From assembly GCA_965202585.1 (NCBI GenBank), contig OZ241826.1, forward strand, positions 50,716,001 to 50,780,000: a stretch of 64,000 nt of DNA. The letters run 5' to 3'. A program made the translations under genes and the position numbers. The first letter of the stretch is position 1; every line of letters starts with the position of its first letter. The notes under the pieces are model-generated. The model made no database searches. It was not told the DNA's origin and saw nothing but the letters and a program-made list of their open reading frames with translations. Source of the stretch: Thalia democratica. Its lineage: Eukaryota. Shown here in pieces: positions 13,901 through 25,900 of this stretch.

Positions 13901-16900
13901 ACTCCCGCACACAAACGTTCTTCCACTCGTGTTTCGTTATTATAGCCACAATAGACTTGTCTGGTTTTCTGACCTTTACCGCACGTTTTCGAGCACTAAA
14001 ATGGGAATGGTTTGAAAATACAAAGTCAGCTAAAACAAAGGCTACGGGCCCTTTAACCAGTCACACGCACAGTTTTCACACAAACTAATTCGTTTTTAAA
14101 GGGTAAAACAACATTAAAGATAACCTTTTATTTACTTTAGGCAAAGCAGGCAACCTTAAATATACTTTGTTTTATTTCAAACAGCCTTGAGCTTATGTTG
14201 GGTGCCAACACATTTAAAAAGCTTAACAAACCTTTCGGTTGCGTAAAACTTTAAGTAAAACGTTAATTTTTTTTTTCAAGCGTTAAAAAACAAAGCTCAT
14301 TATATAAAGACTGAAATCCGACTATAAAAATCATCACTTAAAAAAAGTATTCTACGGACAAATTACTGAAATATTTTCTCTTACCAATCCCCAAGGCAGT
14401 TTTCTCCACCTTATGGCTGGCCTGCATTTTTTTTGGTTACAAGTTCGGACGCTGTCAGGTTTCCAGAGCATGTTGCACAGAGACTCTTCCACGTGCACTT
14501 TCTCGTGACGGTCGTAGCAGTACACTTCTCTCGTTTTCCGTCCTCCGCCGCACGTCTGGTTGCACTTTAGGGAAAAACACCGGTTTTGCCTTTTGACTTA
14601 ACATGACACAACAACAGTAGTAGGTTTAATTCATAGTGAGAGTTTAATGATGAACTACTTTGTGACGGTATGCAAACAAGTTTTTAAAGGTAGTTGCGCG
14701 GATGGTTTTTATTAGCAAAGAAAACAGAAAGTAAGATAATTGAATCTCAGCTTCTGGTTATGAATTGTTTTGTTAGTTGAATTATAGTTTTTATTGCAAT
14801 AAACAAAAATAATTTTTACATTTTTGAAGGTTTATAAAGATGTTTATTGAATTAAGCATTTTAGCAAACAACCTTTAAGTTATAAATAACACGTAGTTTA
14901 TGTAAATCTAGTAAATATATTAGACGTATTTTACTAAGTTAAATAAAACCAAAAAAATAAATAATGATAATTAATAATGAAGATAAGCAATTAACATTCT
15001 CAGTCTAATGAATCACACAGAGCATGATGTATTTGTTAGCGGAATCCACAATTTAAGCATGCTACAAAGCAAAGTATTTGTTTTTTTAATCATGTTAATA
15101 TAACAAATGAGGTTAAACTGCAAAAGCTAGTTATGTTTTTAGATTTAATGCAACGATGCTACAACAAGTAACAATGACGATGGTGATGATGTTAGTTTCA
15201 TGAGCACTCAGTTTTTTCACGTGTTTACTAACCTCTCCCCACACTCCCGTCCTCCATTTGGGACATGGCATCAGACTACAAGAACGGGTGGAACTGGGCT
15301 TTTGGAGGTTGGAGCACGCTCCAACTGCTCCGGAGCACCAAACAGATCTATACTGTTTCCCCTTGCCGCAAGTTTGACTACACTACACGTCATTTTTATC
15401 AAAATTACTAACATTTTTAATTTAACTTCATTAAGCTAAAATGAACAATTAAAATAACTTACCGGTCCCCAACTTCCTAAGTTCCATTCCAAAGCCTAAA
15501 AGTTGAGCAATTAAAAAAAATAATTCTGACAAAGCTGTCGTTAATGTTTCATTTGAAAAAAATAATATAATTTTTTTTGAAACTAACTTTTGGGCAACTT
15601 GGTAGTCCCGAACAAATGTTTGTGTTACTAGGAGTTTTTCGATACAAACTTGAACAATGTACTGAATCTATCAATATAATTTCACTGTTTACAATTCGCT
15701 TGCAGTTTACGGCCCTACTTTTTATAGCATCTCTTCCACACGTCGCTGAACACTGAAAAGTTATTATTTGTTTTATTGTTATTAAAATTTTTTGTAATAT
15801 ATAATAATTAAACAGATATCTTAAAGAGAAAACTGTTACTTTTTAGTTTTTTAACATTTTTTTACCTGAGACCAATCTGAAACACTCCAAAATATATTTC
15901 TTTCACACCAATCCGGCTGACAGTTTTCACTGTCATGAGGTTTGTCATGATAGCTACACAGATCTTCACTCTGAGCAGCTAGGCGTACTCCTTTTGAAGA
16001 CTCAACGCATCTTACTAGACGTCTTCTCCTACCAGTTGAGCAATCACACTGTAACCAAATTAGTTTGTAGAATGATAGTGCTTTTTATTTTTTTGTTGAA
16101 ACTTTAATTTTCTGTTTCGCTTTAGTGTTTTTTTGAATAAATAAAGGTAATAAACATAAAAAAAAATAATTATTTGTGAAGAAAAAAATAACTTTTATAG
16201 TGTATAATTTCTAATTCTTTTTATAAAACATAGTAGTTTGTATAGGTTATTTTGTTATGATTTTAAGTGTAAATATTTAAAAAACTAATGTTTGTAATAA
16301 AGGTCAAGGTCTTACTTTAGACCAGCTTCCTGTTCTCCACTGTATTTTTCTATTATTTTCATTTATACTCGGACGCACGATTACTGTAAACAGTTGTTAA
16401 AATAGTAATTTGTATTAAAACCTTGCGAGAAAAAACAAACTAAAGCCTTATAAATCAGTTATGCTCAAAAAAAAAGTTTATCACTCACTGTTCGGACTAT
16501 TTGAATGCCTGTTGATTTCAGGGCATTCAAACGATCCTCTGCAACTTCTGCTTTTTTTCAAAGGCTTTTTGGTTGAACCTCCGTTGAAACAATGCTTGTC
16601 AGCAACTTTCTCTCCAGTCACCTTCCTACATGCCGCAACAACGGCCTGCACACCGATTCCGCACCCGTTTGAGCACTGAATTAGTTTTATTTATTATTTT
16701 AGTTATCATTTAAATTTAATAGTTTTGAACAAGCGAAATTTTAATACCAATAGTCTGCTACAAGCTGGTATTTAAAAAAAAATCTTTACAGCGGTTTTTT
16801 GATAGTAAAAACATTTATTAAAACATGTTATACTTTGATATAAATACTTTGTTTGTTTTTAAGGCAGTTAAAAGTAAATAAGTTCACATAAAAAAATGTT

Positions 16901-19900
16901 TGAACTGACTCGATCATACGGTATGTACTCCCAACAGTAATTCAAACATGTTCTCATCACAACGGGAGAATTTAGGCGGTCACAGTATGCGTTGTTTGCC
17001 ACCATTCCTCCCTTTATACATTGCTTGGACCGAGTTTGCGTATGGTCTTTACACATGCACTAAAAAATGGATTTAAGTTTTTACATTAAATCCTAAAAAG
17101 TTACATAATCTATTTCAAAAATCAATATTTAATCGAACTAAAAGTGCGCATTTCATCGTACAAAGGAAAGCTTTGGAAAAACAAAGTTAAATTTTTAATG
17201 AGGTTTGTCAAAACAAGAAGTTTAAATATTCCTTTTACACAAAAACTCTTTTAAAACTTTCGTTCTAAGTGCTGCTTTTTAATTTATAAAGGCTTTTTTG
17301 TTCTTAACCTTATAAGTCTTAAATGTCTTATTAGTAATAATAATTCAAATTTGTGCGATATCATGTAATTATTTAATAAATCTACTGGTTGTGTATTTAA
17401 GTTGATTTTACACCACTTTTCAATTTTATTAAGTCATAGTATATGAATTTACGCCTTACAAACGTAATGCATAATTAAGTTGTCAATAAAATATTTGAGT
17501 GTATGTGTCAAAAAGTATTTTTTAAGGTAAAACATATTTTGTTTAAGCTCATTAGTGTTAATAATTTTTGTTTTATTAGTTTTATTATTAGTAAATCAAA
17601 AAAAAAAACTAATAGTTATAACAAATCAAAAGGCATTTTTTTAAATTTAAGCTTAGATGACTATAAGAAAAAAAATATTTAAACAACCTTAACAGCTTTT
17701 CAAGTATTAATTTCTTTCTTTTAATAGTGTTCAGTTATAAAAAAATTGTGTAACTTTATCTGAGTTATAAACTTTTGTTCAAAAACTAAGTTCATAGAAT
17801 ACAAATAATGTCAGAAGAAAAACTTGTTAACACTAACAGGCGTCCAGACTCCATATATCCACTGCACACAAGTTGGCAGGCTGCACTGGTCTCTGGTAAC
17901 TGCTCGTCCCAACACACTCGCGCATTCGTTTCTGTTCCAAACTTTGCCTTCCACGTCTTCGCACGTAGCGTTTCTTGTTCTGTACGCTCCTGTTCCGCAA
18001 GTCCTCGAGCACTAGATGAAAGAGAAAAAATTAAATACTTTTACATGTATGAATCAGAGTTAGGTTAAACTTTAACTTTAAAAGTTGAATAACAAAAAGT
18101 TGCTTTTTGAATTTTTTTAAACTAAGTAAAACTCACGGGTAGTGTGTTTTTGGTTGAAAGTATTATACTTATTGACTGTTTTGTCATCTTAAAGTTTTTT
18201 ACAAATCATTTTGACTATTTAGTTAAGTCAATTAATACAAAATTATCAGTTTCAAACTTTTATTAAAAAAACTCGTAACCCGTAGAGTTTGAAAAACGCT
18301 TAAATTTGTTTTCTAATTTTTCCTACCTATTTTACACATTTAATAATTACCTGTCCCCACTTTGAATATTTCCACTGCAAGCCGAGGCATCTTCCTCTGC
18401 AATTACTCATGTAGGGAGCCCGATAAGGATTGCAATATCTCGTATCCACGCTTTTTTCAGAGTTTTTAGATATTTTGTAACACAAATAGTGGATTTTTTG
18501 CGTTCCCTGACCGCATCTTGACGAGCATTTGGTTTTAGGAACCGCTTTTGACCTGCGTGAAACACTTACTAAAAAAAACTTGAAAATTAAAATAATTTTT
18601 TGCTCTAAAGAAATATTTTTTAAATTTTCACATCTAACCATAAACAGCATGTCATTTTGTATTAAACTAAACATTTTAATTTTTTGGTGAACATTTTTCA
18701 GTGTGAATACTTTTTGGTTATAAGTTAACCTTATAAATAAACGTTCTACGTCAGAACACAAAAATTGCGCAACAAAGAAACAAAGTGCAAAACATTTTGT
18801 TACGCAGCGCAATCAACATAACGTGCCACTAAACTCAAGTATGCTCGTAGTAAATCAATTTGCAGACACGAGCGGTAGACCGCAAAAAGTTGCACTTACC
18901 GGAAAATACAGTCGGTGTTGCATGGTTGACTTTTCGACTCTGGCTTCTGCAATCTAGAACAGTACTTTGTGTCTACTACACGAACTTTGTTGAATTCACA
19001 GACGTACTGTAAGAAACAGTTGTGATTAAAAATGTACAAACGAAAAAAAGTAAAAAATACTAACATAACTTTTCTTCCTTCCATGACATTCGTAGTCACA
19101 TAATTCCCATTTTTCGCTCCAGGAGTAGTGATTTTCTACTGGCTTAAAGTAAGTCCAATACACGTTTGGATCAGTCAAAGTACCAGAGAGCAAAATCTAA
19201 GCAAACATAACAGTATAATTTTAATTGAAAAAATGATTAGAATAAACATTCAACTTACTGCAAGAAGTAATTTTTTAGTTATTTTTCCTTTACACCGTAT
19301 GTACTCATTAACTGATGCCGTACCGCTGTATGTACAGTTGTAAATTATATCTTTTCTCTCCCACGTTGACTTTCTTTTAACGATTCTTTGAAACTCTGGC
19401 TGAATGCTACTGTCGCCATTCAACAAAAAGTTTTCATTCCAATCGTACAGTACTGTTTGAGAATAAAGGATTATAAATGCATCAAAAGAAGTAACGTTAC
19501 AAAAAAGTTTATTTTTTGATAAATAAATATATGCACTTTAAGTGTAAAACTAAAAGCTAATTTCAGCTTTTTGAACAGGAAAAAAACGTAAGCAAGCAAT
19601 AAGCATTTTATACTTTAAAAAAATTACCGAGAAAGTTGCTATCTGATCCTCTTTGTGCTGATTGCTGGCGTATTATGAGTTCTGAAGCTCCTTCGGGAAT
19701 CACTGTTATGTTTTTGTATCCTGGCGTGTTGCCCGAACGGAGATAGTTACCGCTAACTTCAACACATGTAGAATTGTCTCCCCCGCAAACTCCACACCTA
19801 TCCAGCTTGGTGTTTGAGTACAAAATGTTGTCGCACCCTGCCATCTGCGATTTGAAGGTAAAGCTAAACATTTCCGTTAATTACAAGCTCATTGTGTTCC

Positions 19901-22900
19901 AACGCAAACATTCGCGCGTAATGAACTGCAAACACTTGAGCTTGATTCAAACGCAAAGCCTCTTTTGTCGACTCAAACACACTACGTGCTCTCTCTTTCA
20001 AGTGCTTTGCCGTGTTTTCTTTCAGATGTTTGGTTTCGCTACTTTGCGTCAAACAGTAAAAATTCCCGCTTAAACCTTAAGAGATCTATAAAGATGAAAA
20101 TGACTTTTCCAACTTAAAGTTTGCACACTTTATTATCAATCCATTAAGCCTTAATCTTAGCTGTTAATTTTTATTTTTAAACAAATAATAAAAACTGCAT
20201 TTAAAACGTTTACCTACCCCAGCTGTTGATCACAGCGTATTGTTTGTCGGTGGGTGGTACAAAAAGTTCATAAGAGTATTGTGTTAAAATTCAAATAAGT
20301 ACAAAGCTTAAACATGATTGCAGCGCGCTACAACCCGTAATAAAAGAATAAAGAGCTTAAATTTCCGGATGAACTGAACAGCTATTCAGTTCCGACGAAT
20401 CATTTGTACTTAGTCCATTTTTGAATTATTTTGCTTCGTTAAAAACACAGAAAATCCGAGTTGTTCCGCGAAAAAGCGTGAGAGAGTTATTTTTTATTCT
20501 TAGAAATTTTTCGTACAGCTTGTGTTCGAAATTTAAAGCACCGTGTGCATAAAACGCGATTATCTTTTACGGTTGTAAAAGTTGGCGATTTATTTTGAAC
20601 TTAATTTTGTTTGTTTTGGTTCACGTGTAAAACATTTATAATGAACCGAAGCTAAAAACTAAAATCACTTTACACTTTCTGCACGTGAAATTGATGTTAC
20701 TAAGAGCATTTCAATAAATCAAGTCTAAGAAAATTATTTTAATTAAATATATTTATAACATACAATATGTTGCACATTTTACAAAGTTATTTTAAACTTA
20801 TCATAGTAACCTCGCAGAAGCCGTTTACACAAACTCCATCAAAGTCCTTGTAACATGGAGTTCCATCTGTAAGGTAGGGTTTCGGCAAAAGGATATTCAG
20901 CAAGTCGGTCCCTCTGCCGTCTCCATTTGCGTCCTGACATGCAAGACGACAAGCCTGTAGTTTTATTTAAACTGTTAGAACTATACATTTTAAGCTTTTA
21001 TAAGTTTCTTACCGAGAAGTCGTCTACTTGGTCGTAAGAAGGATAGTAAGGTACCCAATTGATGTTGTAGTTAATGCCTTTGTTATTTAGTCTTCTCTGT
21101 TCCAATACATAAGTTTCACATTGATTGTGTCGGTGGTTTCTATCGGGACATTGCTATTTAAAAATAATCTTAGTTAATCAAAAAATTTTATATTCATATT
21201 TTATTTTACAAAACACAGTTGAACATAGTTGAGTAATTTTGTTATTATGTTAGATTTAAAGCAATTAAAAAATATATACCATAAATTAAAAAAAACAGTT
21301 TGTGCAGAGAAGACAAACGTGTACTTTAAATGTGTGCGTTTAATCAATCTTGAAACATACGCTTTAAAATTGATCATATTTCATAAACAGTTATAGCTAT
21401 ACGAATATGGGAAGGGCAGTTTCATTGCGGTTCGGCTAACCGGAAACTGCGATAAACGATGACGTAACAACCAACGACTTACGTGCGTGTTGCAGGACCT
21501 GTGCTTACTTCGCTTTCCCGAACAATAATCACCGCCGTGCCTCGGCCTGTGTTTGGAAGAAAACAATGTTAAACAATGAGATCATTTTTGGCGAAAGTTT
21601 ACACCGTTGTTATCTCGTGAGCACTATCGCACCGAATAATCAGTTGACAATAAGAAAAGTAGTTTAAAAGAAGGAATATTTGCAAATGTTAATCTGTCAA
21701 AGAGTATGAGATAAAAAGTTACGTTCAAAAACAAAGTTTAAAAAATTGCGTTTTTATTTGACATTTCGGTATTTTTTCAGTACAGTTATTGCTGAAAAAT
21801 ATAGAATACCTTGGAGAATTGCAACTTCTGTTAGAACTTTTAACTCCTCCGCCACAAGGTTTAGAACACTCTCCAAATCTACTCCAGGCACTCCATCCTC
21901 CAGCAAGGGGAAATGGAGAAAAATTTCTTCGCACACATTTGCCTTGCTGGCACCAAAACTATAAAAAAAACCGTTTAAAAGATAATAAGTTGTGTAAGTT
22001 TTTTAAACTTTATCATAAACATAATTGTCTCTTTTTTTTTGTATTTGTTACTTATACTTACTGAATGTTTGTTATGATTAAATATTTTTTACTAATTGTA
22101 GATCAATCATGAATGAAGAAGTAAATTAATAAAACTTAAACCTTAGTGTGTATTTTGCTGCAGGGTTTTAAAAGCTACTTTATTTTTATTTTAAGTAAAC
22201 TAAAAGTGATAATAGTAGTTAATTTTAGCATTGTTTTTTGTAGTTTTTATAGTTTTTAAAGATTAACTTAAGTAATGAAATATATTTAAGTTGTATTAAA
22301 CGCTTTTAGCCATAAGAACTCTTTTAAAATTATTTACAAGACTGATTGAATCTATGCTAATAAATAAAAAATAGGTACTTTTTTCCTTCCGTAAAATATT
22401 ATTTAAAGACTAAAACAAATAACTTCATGGTAATTAAGTCATAATTTCTATAACAAGTTTGATAATGAAACTACAGTAGTGACATTTACGGTAGTAATAC
22501 ATCTTTAAACTCCTTTTTTTAACTCTCGTCGTGTATACAAATTGCACGCATGAGTTGAATTTAATTTCTGTATGATGTTACATTCTTAATTATCAAATAC
22601 TGAGCCAAGAAAACTTTAACAACTGCAACAAGAGAGGACTTTTCTTAATATTTACTTTCGATGACAAAAACACTTTATCTAAGATATGAAATATTACAAA
22701 AGTAATGTTAGCAACTAAAATACTTTTTTTTTAAATAAACTTAGTAAAAGTCAGTAACACAAAGAACAATATCAACAAACAACGTTTGAGTTTCTTGTGT
22801 TGCAAGGAGTTCCGGACGCCCACTTTCCATAGTTAGTTTTGCAATCCCAACTTCCAGGCTTTAAGGTACTACGGACGTTGCACCACAAATTTCCACATTC

Positions 22901-25900
22901 CTTTTTGTAAAACATGTTTGTTTTTGTTTGATGTATATAAACTTTTCACCAAGTTACGCAAAGCAAAATGTCATTTTAAAGAAGTTCTATTTAAGAACTG
23001 GAAGCGCCTTGTAGTGGCGGGTGTAAAAATATTTATTCTATTTATTATATGGTGTGCACGAAAAACTTACTACTTTAATATACCAAAAAAATAGTTATAA
23101 AACCTTTAAGATATTTTTAAATAAGTTCAGTAAAAAAAAATAAAATAATACTTTAAGAGACTAAAAAATCATATGCACAGGTAACTTTACTTTGTTATTC
23201 TTTTATCGCTCTCTTATTAATTTTTTTTTTCTTTCTTTATTTTCTGGTACCTGCGCATGTTAACAATCATTAATGTTTAGTTGTAAAACTCACAGAGTTT
23301 CGACTTTCTTTGTCGCATGTGTACGCATCTTGCCCGTACATCATTTGGCACTGTTGGTCAAGATCGTACGACCTACCGGCGGCTTCAACAGGTAACGAGT
23401 ATATACCAGCACCATATTGTGGCTTGTTGTTTAGACAATCAGCTCTTTTTGAACTGAAAAAAAAAGTTGATAACTTACAAAATAAAGAAAATAAACTTGT
23501 TAAAAAAAAAGTTTAAATTAATTTGCAGCAGGTGACGTATAATAAATACTAAAAGAAAAGTTGATTACAACTATAACAAATATTCAAAAATAAAAAACTA
23601 TATAAACAATACACAGACTTTTGCGTTTGACGAAAATAAAAATTGTTAAATATTAAATTAAACGTGTTATGGTGTCATAGTTAGAAGTTTTCGGTACTTT
23701 TACTAAAATTTTTAACAGGTAATTTTAAAAAACTATACAGGTTTATAAAATTCTAAAGTCAGTTATTAAAAAGTTATTAATTTTTTAGTCTTACTATTAC
23801 ATTCTTTTTTTGTCTGGTAGTTTAGATATCTGTACAGGGTTTTAACTTTCGATTAATTCAACTAAAACTTATTTCGCTACTTAGATGTAGTTATTCAAGC
23901 TATGTGTGACCTTTTTTAAAACTGAATAACAGTCTTTGTTGCAAGCTGCACCTTTGTAGTGTCCGATAGTTTTGTGAATATTGTCAGTCATATCAATATG
24001 ACATAAATAAGTCATAAAGTAAAAAAGTCATTTGTAAAGTTAGTTTTTCCAAAAAACTAATATGTTTAGGTATTAAAACTAAATTAAATTATATTAAAAA
24101 TGTTAACTTCAAATAACTTATACAATTCATATTATTGTAGTTACTTTAAAAAGCGTCCGATCAACCGAGAACTGCATTTGGACCAAGTCCAAGGAAGGGT
24201 GTTTTCGTCCAGAGTCTTTGACATAACTTTGTGGTCGGTTTCATAGTAACAATGTGCCTTATCTTCGTCGTGCATTGCTCCTAGTCTAAAAAATATTTAA
24301 GTATTAGCTTTAAAACTTAGTAAGATAGTTTTTGAGTAGTATGTGTGACTCGGCAAATAGTTATAAAATACTTTTCGGATACAAAAAAGTTTTACATCAA
24401 AGAAAGATTTGTAGAAATTTTTTATTTAGACTATATATTTCAAAACCACATAATAAACTAAATTTGTTTTTGTTTTTTTATTGAAATAGTCTTACAAGTA
24501 AGAAAACCAAAAAATAAATTAGTACATTGAAAAAATTGTCTAGCATCGAAACTAAAGGTTTCTAAATAAGAAGCTTAAAGAAAGCAGCGTAGAAAAATAA
24601 GCTAAAATAGACAGGATTGTCTATTTATAGACATGCGGCCGCAGCAAATTCAATTTGTGGACGAAAAATTGAGCCGTTGATCAGTGAAGATAGATGGGTC
24701 ATGAAAAGGGGGCGGCATATCGCTTTCATGTCAGTTTATGAGCCAAGTCAGTATACTAATGCTTGTTTCTACACTATTGGGAAATATACAGAATCAAGCA
24801 GTTATTGGCTAAAAGTTGGCTAAAGTTTTTTTTACTTTTTCATAGAGTTTTTTTAACTTTCATGAGCATAAAAAGCGTATTTATTTCACTAAAATTTGTG
24901 AGCAAGCTCAAAATTGTAGAAAAGTATTATAAATTAATTTTTGTATACCTATTGATAAAAATGGTTACTAAGTAAAATATTGTTTTCGTAATTAAAAGAA
25001 ATAACGAATTAACCTTGTAAGTAAGTGCAATACAAAAGTTTTAACTTAAAGACTTTCATGCGATTTGACTAAAAAAGTATTACAAATTCGTACATTGCGC
25101 ACTTTTAAAGCCGTTATCCAGATTTCCTAACACGATAACTTTAAGCTTTTTGAAAACCTACAATGATGCCAAAAAGGTATCAAGGCTTTAAAAAATCAAA
25201 TACTTCCTATGTCTCATTTCGAAAACATCGCTTCGCATTCGACTAGACACTGAATAGCGAGGGTTTATTTTGATGTAGTATCCTCCGTTCGGTTCTCCCC
25301 ACTCGAAACATCAATCAGCTGTTCCCGCCATTCTCAAATTTTCCTTTCTTCAGAAACTTCTTTTTTTTTTCTTGGAGCTCGAAACGCAAGCGAAGGCGGT
25401 TTGGGTGGAAGCAGCATTCCACACAACTGAGAGCGTCGGTCGACCTTTTTGTTTTATGCGGTTTTGAAATCTTTATTCGGAAGTTTTGATTTCCACTTCC
25501 GCTTATTTGTATGTACCTCGTTTTTTTTCATGTCTATGTTGAGTAAAAGCTTGATGAGTGTTTGACTGCTCTTGATTGCGGTCTGAGCTTTTTACAGACG
25601 GAAGATTAAAAATAACCGTGCCTTTTAGTTCTTTTAAATTCTTTATTAGTACATAGTTAGACGGTATAAAGACATGAAAATACTGGCACACAAATACTGG
25701 ATGTTTAGTTATTTCAAATGTCTAGTTTTATTTATTTTATCACACTTGTCTTAGCTAATTTTTTTAAATCATTATCCTTATTAATTCCTTACTTTTTTAA
25801 TTTTTACGCATTTGTAATGTCCTAAAATAAACTCTAAGTTAATAGTCTGAAGTTTATTAATTAATTTAAAGTGTTTTAATTCCGTACTATAATATATATC

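Noticed and set aside
13372-21964. Several + strand ORFs of 60-100 aa (13372, 13777, 15200, 16461, 17808, 19128, 19774, 21746, 21789)
   Set aside because: Antisense shadows of GC-richer ADAMTS exons; no independent coding signal
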